From an uncultured Veillonellaceae bacterium (GTDB lineage Bacteria > Bacillota > Negativicutes > JARBTT01), in NCBI GenBank assembly GCA_963805085.1, contig CAWDTA010000002.1:1824001-1888000 (forward strand): 64,000 nt of DNA, read 5' to 3'. Position 1 is the stretch's first letter; each line of letters opens with the position of its first letter. The notes under the pieces are model-generated. The model had not been told where the DNA came from. It saw only the letters and a list, made by a program, of their open reading frames with translations, and did not search any database. The position numbers and the translations under genes were made by a program. This document shows, one piece after another, positions 30,224-39,271 of the stretch.

Positions 30224-31885
30224 ATGGCTAAAGATAAAAATTCATTAAAGATACTCGGTAATAGCTGTATTGTTAAAGGGGATTATCAAGGGGCAATTCG
30301 CTATGCAGAAGAGATTTTGTCTGTAGACGAAAATGATCTGGATGCAATGTATATGGCTGCTGCTTCGTATATGAATAACAATGAGTATGATAACGCTATT
30401 GCGATGGGAAATAAGTTGCTGGAAATCAATGAGCAATATATTGCGATTTATGTTGTTTTAGCGCATTGCTATAAAAGACAATTTAAGATAGACGAAGAAC
30501 TTGCTTTGCTAAACAAGGCTCTGGAAATAGCTGATGGATCAATTTTTAGTAGTGAAATTTATAGCTTGCTTGGCTCAGCTTATAGCTTGCTAGGTTATCA
30601 TAAAAAATCAATGGAATGTTTTCTGCAAACTTGTTTGCTGGAAAAAAATAATAATCAAAAACTTGTGGAGTATAGCAATTATCTTTTTGCAACAAACTAC
30701 GTACTTGATATTAGCAATGAAGAAATGTTAGAAGGCCATATTAAGTATAATGCGTTTTTAACGGATATCAATCGTTATGAACATAGTTCTAGGCGTAGAA
30801 AAAATAAGCTGAGAATTGGCTATGTATCACCGGATTTTCATCAGCATGCTGTTGTATTTTTTAGCTATCCTTTAATTGCTAATTTTAATAAAAATGAATT
30901 TGAAGTTATTTGCTATTCCAATGGACTAGAAGATGGCGTAACAGAGCATTTAAAAAATTTAGTATCAGCCTGGCGTGATATCAGAGGAATGAAGTCAGAG
31001 GACGCTGCTAAGCTAATATATGATGATGAGATTGATATCTTAGTCGATTTAGCAGGACATACCGCCAACAATTGTCTGCCTATTTTTGCTCGTAAACCTG
31101 CGCCTATTCAGGTAAGTGGGATTGGCTATTTTAATACGACTGGCCTAAAAGAAATGGACTATTTTTTCACTGATATTCATTGTGATCCAATTGGAAAAAA
31201 TGACAGTTGTTTTAGCGAAGAATTGGTGCGATTGCCGCACAGTCATTTTTGTTACACGGCGAAAGAGAATATGCCACAATGTCAGGGGGCACCTTGTAAA
31301 GAAAATAATTTTATTACATTTGGCTGTTTTAATAATTATTCAAAGATAACGGATGAATTATTAGTTTTATGGAAAGAAATTTTAGCAGAGGTACCAAACT
31401 CAAAATTAATCTTAAAAAGTCGTGTCTTTGCCAGCGAATTTGGCAGGCAGATTGCACAAACTCGAATGAAAGAGATCGGCATTGCTATAGAGCGAGTGGA
31501 GTTACGACCTTTTAGTTCAGATTATTTAGAGGAGTATCATGAAGTCGACATTGCGCTTGATACCTATCCATATCCGGGTGGAGCAACGACTTGTGAAGCT
31601 CTGTATATGGGAGTGCCTGTGCTTTCACTTGTTGGCGATCGTCATGGTTCACGATTTGGCTATAGTATTTTAAAAAATCTTGGATTAGAGGAGTGTATCT
31701 CTTTCAGTGGTGAGGACTATATAAAAAAAGCGGTTGCTTTTGCTAGAGATAAAGAGCTGCTAGATGTTTTACATAAAAATTTAAGAACGTTAATGAAAAA
31801 ATCTTCATTGATGAACCAGAGACAGTATATTCAAGAGGTTGAACTGGTATATCATGCGATGTGGGAGCAGTTTTGTAGTAAATAA
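30224..31885 (+). CDS. TPR + SPINDLY-like GT41 glycosyltransferase (one module)
   Basis: VSPDFHQH, DLAGHT, FNNYSK, DTYPYPGGATTCEA. Confidence 0.9.
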   Translation: MAKDKNSLKILGNSCIVKGDYQGAIRYAEEILSVDENDLDAMYMAAASYMNNNEYDNAIAMGNKLLEINEQYIAIYVVLAHCYKRQFKIDEELALLNKALEIADGSIFSSEIYSLLGSAYSLLGYHKKSMECFLQTCLLEKNNNQKLVEYSNYLFATNYVLDISNEEMLEGHIKYNAFLTDINRYEHSSRRRKNKLRIGYVSPDFHQHAVVFFSYPLIANFNKNEFEVICYSNGLEDGVTEHLKNLVSAWRDIRGMKSEDAAKLIYDDEIDILVDLAGHTANNCLPIFARKPAPIQVSGIGYFNTTGLKEMDYFFTDIHCDPIGKNDSCFSEELVRLPHSHFCYTAKENMPQCQGAPCKENNFITFGCFNNYSKITDELLVLWKEILAEVPNSKLILKSRVFASEFGRQIAQTRMKEIGIAIERVELRPFSSDYLEEYHEVDIALDTYPYPGGATTCEALYMGVPVLSLVGDRHGSRFGYSILKNLGLEECISFSGEDYIKKAVAFARDKELLDVLHKNLRTLMKKSSLMNQRQYIQEVELVYHAMWEQFCSK

Positions 31886-31912
31886 AATGAAGGTTATAAA
31901 TGGAGTAATTTT

Positions 31913-34900
31913 ATGAATCAGGATAACAATCAGCTAAAATCAATAGCTAATCAACATATGAAAGAACGCAATTATTTTGCCGCTATTCAGTGTGCGGAAA
32001 AAATATTAGTCGTAGATTCCAAAGATGTTGATGCTATGTATATGATGGCGGCGGCTTATTTGAAGCTCGAAGAGTATGACCATGCAATTCAGTATGCAAA
32101 TTTAAAGCTTGCTACGAATGAACGATATCATTTGGAAACATATCTTATTTTAGCTTATGCGTATGCTGGGCTTTTTGACTATGAAGCCGCAATTGATAGC
32201 CTGAAATATTTACTAGGTGTGATTGACATACGCAATGATCATAATGATCAAACACAACGTAATGACTTTATAGGCATGGTTCATCAAACATTAGCAAGTT
32301 ATTATATGAATGTTGGTAATGTTTCAGATGCTAGAGCAGCTTATTTAAATGCGAGTAAGGTAAAGACAAATCAAATAGAAATTATTAATAATTTTAGCTC
32401 ATATTTATTATGCTTACATTATGATTTATTGTTATCCGATGAATTTATTTTTGAGGAACATAAAAGATTCCAACAGTTTTTTAAGCAGGTTGTTCCTTAT
32501 CAGCATAATGAAGTAAAACAAAAGGCGAAAATTAAGATTGGGTATATTTCCCCTGATTTTCGCCAACATGTCATGTTATCTTTTTATTATCAACTATTAG
32601 CGTGCTATGATAAACAGAAGTTTCATATTACTTGTTATTCTTTAGGCGATACGGATGTTTATACAGAAGAGCTTAAGGCAATGGTAGATTGCTGGCGCGA
32701 TGTTCAGGGGAAGGAATATCATGAGATTGCAAAAATAATTTATGAAGATCATATTGATATTTTAGTTGATTTAGCGGGGCATTCTGTAAATAGTGGATTG
32801 GCGGTTTTGGCTTATAAACCCGCACCAATTCAGGTGTCAGGGCTTGGTTATTTTAATACAACGGGGCTGAATACGGTAGATTATTTTCTTACCGATGCAT
32901 ATGTCGATCCAGTGGGGCAGCATGATACTTTATTTACCGAAAAATTAATGCGTTTGCCACATAGTCATTTTTGTTATAAAGGTCGCGAGGATTTAGCTGA
33001 GTGCAAAAATGCACCTTGTATAATAAAGGGGTTTGCTACTTTTTGCAGTTTTAATCGTATTGCAAAAATCACCAATGAGATATTAGTAGTTTGGCAAAAA
33101 ATTTTAGTGCAGGTACAAGGAGCAAAGCTAGTCTTTAAAGATAAGCTATTTATTAGCGAATCGGCGAAGCGTAGCTTTAGAACTCGTTTAGAGTATCTTG
33201 CTTTTCCAATGGAGCAAGTAGAACTTCAAGAAGGTAGTCATCAGTATATGGATGACTATTTAGCGATGGATGTTGCGTTAGATACTTTTCCCTATCCAGG
33301 TGGTGGTACGACTTTTGATGCTTTATATATGGGCGTACCAGTGATAACTTTAGTCGGTGAGCGTCATGGTGCTAGGTTTGGCTATAGCATTTTGAAAAAT
33401 ATTGAATTGGATGAGTGTATCGCTACAACGACAGAAGAATATATAGAGAAGGCAGTAAGCTTAGCAAGGAACAAATCACGATTAAATGAATTGCATCAAA
33501 TTTTACGCGCACGCATGCTACAGTCCCCATTAATGGATGGAAAACAGTATGTGCTAGATGTGGAACATGCATATCAAGAAATGTGGCGTGAGTTTGACAA
33601 TCATAAGCAGGAAAAAGGTATGAATGGAATGGATGATGAAGTAGCAAAGGAAGTTATGGTATTAAATCAATATATCAAGGTAAAGCCTAAAGATAAAACT
33701 GCCTTAAAGCGTTTAGCAAATTTGTATATGATGAGTAAAGAATATGAAAAAGTGCTTGAAATTACTGATAAGATGATTCAGTTAGACAAGTTCGATTATG
33801 AAGCGATGTATATGGCTTCAGCGGCTCATTTATATTTAGACGAGGATGAACAGGCGTTTCATTTAGCGAAAAAAGTAACTGAAATTAAAAAAGATTATAT
33901 CGGTGCCTACATGGCAATGGCATTTTATTACGATAAGAAACTACTGTTGAAAGAAAATATTGACACGTTACAAAAAGTCGTTTCTTTGATTGAACGGAAA
34001 AATAAACACGGTTTACGAAGTATGGAATATGATCTTTTTAGTCAGGCTTGGCAACAATTGGGCGCATCTAACTTAGTATTAGGCAATATTGCTGAAACAA
34101 AGAAAGCTTACTTAAAAGCTAGTGAAATAAAAAATGATTTGATTGGAAAAAGTGCAGAATATAGTGGCTATTTGATGTGTACCAATTATGATTTGAGTAT
34201 GTCAGAACAAGAAATGCTTGCGGAACATAAAAAATTTAATGCGTTTTTTACTGAAATACCGCAATATCAGCATACTGATTTTCAGTCTAAAGTGAAGTTG
34301 CGGATTGGTTACATATCCCCTGATTTTTCCTATCATGCCGTAGTCTTTTATTGCTATCCGTTATTACGTAGTTATGATAAGGAAAAATTTGAAGTCGTTT
34401 GTTATCATAAAGGAAAATCGGATATGACGACAGAGCAGCTAAAATCTTTTGGCACAGTTTGGCGTGATATTAGTAGTTTAAGTGAAGCTGAAGCAGCACA
34501 ACTGATTTATGAAGATAAAATTGATATTTTAGTTGAACTGGCTGGTCATACTGCGCATAATTGTTTACCGATCTTAGCCTACAAACCAGCGTCAATTCAA
34601 CTATGTGGCATTGGTTATTTCAATACGACAGGGTTAGATACGGTTGATTATTTTTTAACGGATCATTATGTTGATCCAATTGGAAAAAATGATACTTATT
34701 TTACAGAGAAACTTTTACGTTTGCCAGCGACGCATTGGTGTTATACCAATCGCTTGGATGAACCAGACTGTCAAGAAACTGCATGTATAAGGAATCATTA
34801 TATTACGTTTTGTAGTTTTAATAATTTTGCAAAAACAACGGATCAAATGTTAATGCTATGGAAAGAAATTTTAACGCGAGTTCCAAATGCAAAATTAGTG

Positions 34901-35761
34901 CTCAAGAATAAAGTCTTTGAGAGTGAATATGGTTGTGAACAAATTTCTCATAGACTTTTACAAATGGGACTTAGAATGGAGCAGATAGAATTTAGAGCAT
35001 CGACCAGCAATCATATGCAAGAATATCTAGAGATGGATATTGCTTTGGATACCTATCCTTATGTAGGTGGTGCGACAACCTGTGAAGCTTTATATATGGG
35101 AGTGCCAGTAGTTACATTAGTAGGCAATCGTCATGGCGCACGTTTTGGCTATAGCATGCTGAAGAATATTGGATTTGAGGAAGGTATTGCTTATAGTGAG
35201 CAGCAGTATGTAGAAAAGGCAGTCGCCTTGGCAGAGGATATAGATCGTTTAAATGAACTGCATAAAGGATTATTACGCAAAAAAATGCTAGAATCATCAT
35301 TGATGGACGGAAATCGCTATATGGCTGCATTGGAGCAAGCTTATCAAAAAATCTGGAATGATTTCGTTGGTAATCATTCTAACGAGATTCCTAATAAAGA
35401 AAGAACGTTAGAAGATGCATTGTATCGTATTTCTAAAAATGATGAATTGGAACAAAATTTTGCTGTGGTAAGTGAATATACAGCAGAAAAGATAGACGAA
35501 GAAATAATGAAATTATATATTCATAATGATGAAAGAATTAATCTGTTGAATGCTATTGCGGTGAATTTTTATGAAAGCAATCAGTTCGATGATGTAATAC
35601 CTTTATTAACTACAGCACTTTCTTTGGATGCAGATTATGATATTACATTGAGCAATTTGGGCATTGTTTTATATAATTTTGGCGAGAAAGAAATAGCAAA
35701 AAAATATTTAAGTAAAATTAAGAATAAAGATGAAAACATTATAGCTTTGTTGAAAAAATAA
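31913..35761 (+). CDS. Tandem SPINDLY-like GT41 protein: TPR-GT41-TPR-GT41-TPR
   Basis: ISPDFRQH/FNRIAK/DTFPYPGGGTTFDA and ISPDFSYH/FNNFAK/DTYPYVGGATTCEA. Confidence 0.9.
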   Translation: MNQDNNQLKSIANQHMKERNYFAAIQCAEKILVVDSKDVDAMYMMAAAYLKLEEYDHAIQYANLKLATNERYHLETYLILAYAYAGLFDYEAAIDSLKYLLGVIDIRNDHNDQTQRNDFIGMVHQTLASYYMNVGNVSDARAAYLNASKVKTNQIEIINNFSSYLLCLHYDLLLSDEFIFEEHKRFQQFFKQVVPYQHNEVKQKAKIKIGYISPDFRQHVMLSFYYQLLACYDKQKFHITCYSLGDTDVYTEELKAMVDCWRDVQGKEYHEIAKIIYEDHIDILVDLAGHSVNSGLAVLAYKPAPIQVSGLGYFNTTGLNTVDYFLTDAYVDPVGQHDTLFTEKLMRLPHSHFCYKGREDLAECKNAPCIIKGFATFCSFNRIAKITNEILVVWQKILVQVQGAKLVFKDKLFISESAKRSFRTRLEYLAFPMEQVELQEGSHQYMDDYLAMDVALDTFPYPGGGTTFDALYMGVPVITLVGERHGARFGYSILKNIELDECIATTTEEYIEKAVSLARNKSRLNELHQILRARMLQSPLMDGKQYVLDVEHAYQEMWREFDNHKQEKGMNGMDDEVAKEVMVLNQYIKVKPKDKTALKRLANLYMMSKEYEKVLEITDKMIQLDKFDYEAMYMASAAHLYLDEDEQAFHLAKKVTEIKKDYIGAYMAMAFYYDKKLLLKENIDTLQKVVSLIERKNKHGLRSMEYDLFSQAWQQLGASNLVLGNIAETKKAYLKASEIKNDLIGKSAEYSGYLMCTNYDLSMSEQEMLAEHKKFNAFFTEIPQYQHTDFQSKVKLRIGYISPDFSYHAVVFYCYPLLRSYDKEKFEVVCYHKGKSDMTTEQLKSFGTVWRDISSLSEAEAAQLIYEDKIDILVELAGHTAHNCLPILAYKPASIQLCGIGYFNTTGLDTVDYFLTDHYVDPIGKNDTYFTEKLLRLPATHWCYTNRLDEPDCQETACIRNHYITFCSFNNFAKTTDQMLMLWKEILTRVPNAKLVLKNKVFESEYGCEQISHRLLQMGLRMEQIEFRASTSNHMQEYLEMDIALDTYPYVGGATTCEALYMGVPVVTLVGNRHGARFGYSMLKNIGFEEGIAYSEQQYVEKAVALAEDIDRLNELHKGLLRKKMLESSLMDGNRYMAALEQAYQKIWNDFVGNHSNEIPNKERTLEDALYRISKNDELEQNFAVVSEYTAEKIDEEIMKLYIHNDERINLLNAIAVNFYESNQFDDVIPLLTTALSLDADYDITLSNLGIVLYNFGEKEIAKKYLSKIKNKDENIIALLKK

Positions 35762-35840
35762 TATTTAACTGATTGTATTTTAAATATTAAAAAATAGTAT
35801 ATTACTGTTGTATCATTTATAGAAATAGGATGTGGGTAGA

Positions 35841-37118
35841 ATGTTTGGGATGCAGTATAATGATTGTATTCGTCAATTTTTAAAAAAAGAAGAGGTTTAT
35901 AATAAAAGAATCGTTGATGTGGGTTCCTTTGTTATCAATAATACATCGCCTAGATTTGCCATTGCACAATATGAGCCTGCAGAATATGTTGGAATTGATA
36001 TTATAGCAGGTGCCGGAGTAGATAAAGTTTGTACGGTAGAAGATTTTTTATTGGCGTATGGGGAAGAAACTTTTGATATTGTTTTTATGTCAGCAATATT
36101 CGAAGTAGCCAAGGATTACAAAAGTGTAATTTCATCGGCGAAACGTTTATGCAAGAAAAATGGTATTATAATCTTGACAGCAAGGACGGATAAACATCCT
36201 GAAAATGTGCCGATGAATGAGTATTGGCGGTATGAACAAGAAGATATGCGAAATTTATTTCGCGATTGTAATATTGTCATGGAGGGCAATGATGCTAAAT
36301 TCACAGAAATATTTTTAAAATTAGTTAAGCCTCAAGAGTTTGTTGAATGTAACTATGATGGTATTGCATTGTATAGTCCAATACTAAAAAGAAGAGTAAT
36401 ATGTAACGAAGACGTGTTAAATTTAATTACTTCTCATCTTAGTCAAGATGATGTTTGCCATGATTTTAACGAGGAGAAAGAATCGGTATATTTTAATCGA
36501 TATGTAGAACTTGAACAACTTGGCGTAAAAAGAGCTACGGATAAAAGTTCGTTATGGCATAATTATCTAAATAAATATGATATGTTTTTAAATCATTTAC
36601 GCCAAGAGGAGTTTATTTTTTTAGAGCTGGGTGTTTTTCATGGTTCTAGTGTAAAAATGTGGAGCGATTATTTTAGAAAAGCAAAAATTATTGGTGTTGA
36701 TATTGATCCAGAATGTAAACAATATGCTAGTGATAGAATCAATATATTGACGGGAGATTTATCAAATATTAAGAGCTTGAATGTATTAGCTTCATTAAAA
36801 CCAAGCGTAATTGTTGATGATGCATCACATATCTGGAGCCATCAAATTAGTGCTTTATTTGAATTATTTCCATGTTTACCAAGTGGTGGAATTTACATAA
36901 TGGAGGATGTCGGTACATCGTTAAATCTTAAGGCTTACCCGGGGTATAATGATGTATCAGTTAGCGCTTATGATGTGCTTTCACAAATTGCTGAAGTGTG
37001 TACAGGTGGACAAGAATTAAGAGTTCCAAGAGAGTTTCAAACTTTTATTGAAGAAATAGGCAAACAAGTTGAGATGATTTCGTTTATTAGAGAAAGTTGT
37101 ATTATGATAAAAAAATAA
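35841..37118 (+). CDS. Two-domain SAM methyltransferase; C-terminal domain resembles MycE-type sugar O-methyltransferases
   Basis: N-domain IVDVGS...YVGIDI...GVD; C-domain TDKSSLWHNY...LELGVFHGSSVKMW..YF...IVDDASH...GGIYIMED; start uncertain (35832/35841/35850). Confidence 0.75.
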   Translation: MFGMQYNDCIRQFLKKEEVYNKRIVDVGSFVINNTSPRFAIAQYEPAEYVGIDIIAGAGVDKVCTVEDFLLAYGEETFDIVFMSAIFEVAKDYKSVISSAKRLCKKNGIIILTARTDKHPENVPMNEYWRYEQEDMRNLFRDCNIVMEGNDAKFTEIFLKLVKPQEFVECNYDGIALYSPILKRRVICNEDVLNLITSHLSQDDVCHDFNEEKESVYFNRYVELEQLGVKRATDKSSLWHNYLNKYDMFLNHLRQEEFIFLELGVFHGSSVKMWSDYFRKAKIIGVDIDPECKQYASDRINILTGDLSNIKSLNVLASLKPSVIVDDASHIWSHQISALFELFPCLPSGGIYIMEDVGTSLNLKAYPGYNDVSVSAYDVLSQIAEVCTGGQELRVPREFQTFIEEIGKQVEMISFIRESCIMIKK

Positions 37119-37139
37119 AGCTATTATAAATAATTTTTG

Positions 37140-37165
37140 AAGGCAGCCGTTGGCTGTCTTTTTTT
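37140..37165 (+). terminator. Intrinsic terminator
   Basis: AAGGCAGCC-GTT-GGCTGTCTT followed by T run. Confidence 0.65.
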
Positions 37166-37234
37166 ACTTATCGCTAAAATTGTCGGAATATTGTATAATA
37201 AAAGAAAAAATATGAAAATTTGTGAGTGTAAATT

Positions 37235-38683
37235 ATGTATAGACATAAAGATATAAAAGAAAAAGAAAAATTGAATATTGGCTATTTATTACCCGATTTT
37301 CGGCAATATGAAGTGGCTTGTATTAGTTATCCGCTGTTAGTGTCTTTTAATGAGGGCGAATTTAATGTTTTTTGTTATGCCAATGGCGATGTGAAAGAAC
37401 TTCGGGAGAGGCTTGGCAATCGAAGTGTTGTATGGCGTAATATTGCGGGAATCAGTGTGGAACTAGCGGTACGGGGAATTCAGAAAGATAAGATTGACAT
37501 TTTAGTTGACTTATCTAGCCATACTTCAAGTAATTGTTTACCAATTTTGTCGCGAAAACCAGCAGTTGTTCAAATGAGCAGTATTGGTTATTTTCACACC
37601 ACCGGTTTAAAAACAGTGGAATATTTATTAACCGATAAATATTGCAGTCCAGAAGAACAAAATCAGGATTATTTTATTGAAGATGTACTGCTCATTCCGC
37701 AAAGTCACTTTTGCTATCGCCCTCGCACTGAGCTTGTAACCTATGAAGATGCGCCTATAGCTAAAAATGGCTATGTGACGTTTGGGTGCTTTCATCATTT
37801 TACACATGTTATCGATGACTTTTTATTGGTTTGGCAGGAAATTATTACTAAAGTCCCGAATGCACGCTTGATTATTAAAAGTCGTATTTTTGGCAGTGGC
37901 TATGGTTGCCAAGAAACGCGCTTTCGTTTAAAAAGGTTGGGGTTTGATTTAAATCGTGTAGAGCTTCGGTCGTTGAGGGGCGATGATTTTGAGGATTATC
38001 GTGATATTGACATTATGCTCGATACTTGTCCGTATCAAGGTGCTAGTAGTACGTGTGATGCACTTTATATGGGAGTGCCGGTAATTGTAACGACTGGAAC
38101 TCGGCATAGTTCGAGGATGGGCTATAGCATTTTAAAAAACATTGGTTTAGAAGAATGTATCGCGCAAACGAAGGATGATTATATCAGTAAAGCGATTGCA
38201 CTGGCTAATAATCAGTATAAGGTAATGAATTTGCATAAGAATTTAAGAGAGCGTATGCGTAAGTCTCCATTAATGGATGAAAAACGCTATGTTACAAATG
38301 TTGAACGGCTTTATAAAAAAGTTTGGAAGAATATCGTTGACGAAGTACAAACAGAAAAAATTTTAAAAGAAGTGAGTGTATTATTGCATACGGTAGAAGA
38401 AGGCCTAGTCTATCTACATGGTAGATTGGTACTTGGTGATTTATCCGAAGTGGTCGTACAGATATTTGATGATACTGTGTATGCCTTCAAAAACACGCAG
38501 GTGGCAGTGCAGAGGATTTTTGGTGATACCGAAACAATTTTATATTTAATAAAAAAATCAAATAAAGCTCGCCAATTATGTAAAGCTAAGCAAGGGGCAA
38601 AAGCAGGTGAATGCATCGCAACAGAGCTTATGCCATTACTCAAAGAAATGATAAAGCGTGTAGAAGGGCGACTAGAAAAATAA
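37235..38683 (+). CDS. TPR-less SPINDLY-like GT41 module with substituted catalytic residues
   Basis: LLPDFRQYEV (His to Tyr), FHHFTHV (Lys to His), DTCPYQGASST; helical C-terminal extension; own upstream TATAAT. Confidence 0.8.
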   Translation: MYRHKDIKEKEKLNIGYLLPDFRQYEVACISYPLLVSFNEGEFNVFCYANGDVKELRERLGNRSVVWRNIAGISVELAVRGIQKDKIDILVDLSSHTSSNCLPILSRKPAVVQMSSIGYFHTTGLKTVEYLLTDKYCSPEEQNQDYFIEDVLLIPQSHFCYRPRTELVTYEDAPIAKNGYVTFGCFHHFTHVIDDFLLVWQEIITKVPNARLIIKSRIFGSGYGCQETRFRLKRLGFDLNRVELRSLRGDDFEDYRDIDIMLDTCPYQGASSTCDALYMGVPVIVTTGTRHSSRMGYSILKNIGLEECIAQTKDDYISKAIALANNQYKVMNLHKNLRERMRKSPLMDEKRYVTNVERLYKKVWKNIVDEVQTEKILKEVSVLLHTVEEGLVYLHGRLVLGDLSEVVVQIFDDTVYAFKNTQVAVQRIFGDTETILYLIKKSNKARQLCKAKQGAKAGECIATELMPLLKEMIKRVEGRLEK

Positions 38684-38735
38684 AAAACGAAGCAATTTAA
38701 GAGTTTTTATGTTGAGTACGAATCATTAGTATGAA

Positions 38736-38938
38736 TTATCAACACTTTCAAGGGAGTTATACACAGGGTTAAAAATAATGTTATCAACAGTTGTGGATAA
38801 AAAGGTGGATAAATGCCCTTGAAAGGTTTATTTATTGTGATTTTAAGTAAAAGGTATATGTTAATAATTTGTTAACAAATTGTTAATTTTATAAAAATAA
38901 GAGGGAAATGGAGTTATTAACAATTCTTTTGTTGATAA
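38736..38938. promoter_or_regulatory. DnaA-box cluster
   Basis: TTATCAACA 38736, TTATACACA 38757, TTATCAACA 38781, TGTGGATAA 38792, GGTGGATAA 38804, TTATTAACA 38914, TGTTGATAA 38930. Confidence 0.7.
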
Positions 38939-39010
38939 CTAGACTATAAATTTGTATAATGGCTGTATAGGATTTATTTAGAAAAATATAGTAACATGGA
39001 GGTGCTTTAT

Positions 39011-39205
39011 ATGGATATAGCGGCATTGTCGGTTGCGATGAGTCAAAATAATTTACAGCAAGACCTTGGCGTTTCAGTGATGAAGATGGCTCTGAACCAA
39101 ATTGGTGATCAGGGGACAGCATTGTCTGACATGATGGGTGATACGAAATCAATGGAATTGGCGGCAGAACCATATCTTGGCTCTAATGTTGATATTAGTG
39201 CATAA
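39011..39205 (+). CDS. YjfB family small protein (putative motility protein)
   Basis: MDIAALSVAMSQ...VSVMKMAL...PYLGSNVDISA; RBS GGAGGTG. Confidence 0.85.
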   Translation: MDIAALSVAMSQNNLQQDLGVSVMKMALNQIGDQGTALSDMMGDTKSMELAAEPYLGSNVDISA

Positions 39206-39214
39206 TTGCATGCT

Positions 39215-39251
39215 ACACTGAGCTTAATGAAATTGGGCTCGGTGTTTTTTC
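39215..39251 (+). terminator. Intrinsic terminator
   Basis: ACACTGAGCTTAAT-GAA-ATTGGGCTCGGTGT then T run. Confidence 0.65.
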
Positions 39252-39271
39252 TAGTATAGGGGGATTTTGTA

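Noticed and set aside
38700-38960. DnaA-box cluster as oriC
   Set aside because: No dnaA, dnaN, rpmH or gidA nearby, and gene orientation does not switch across it
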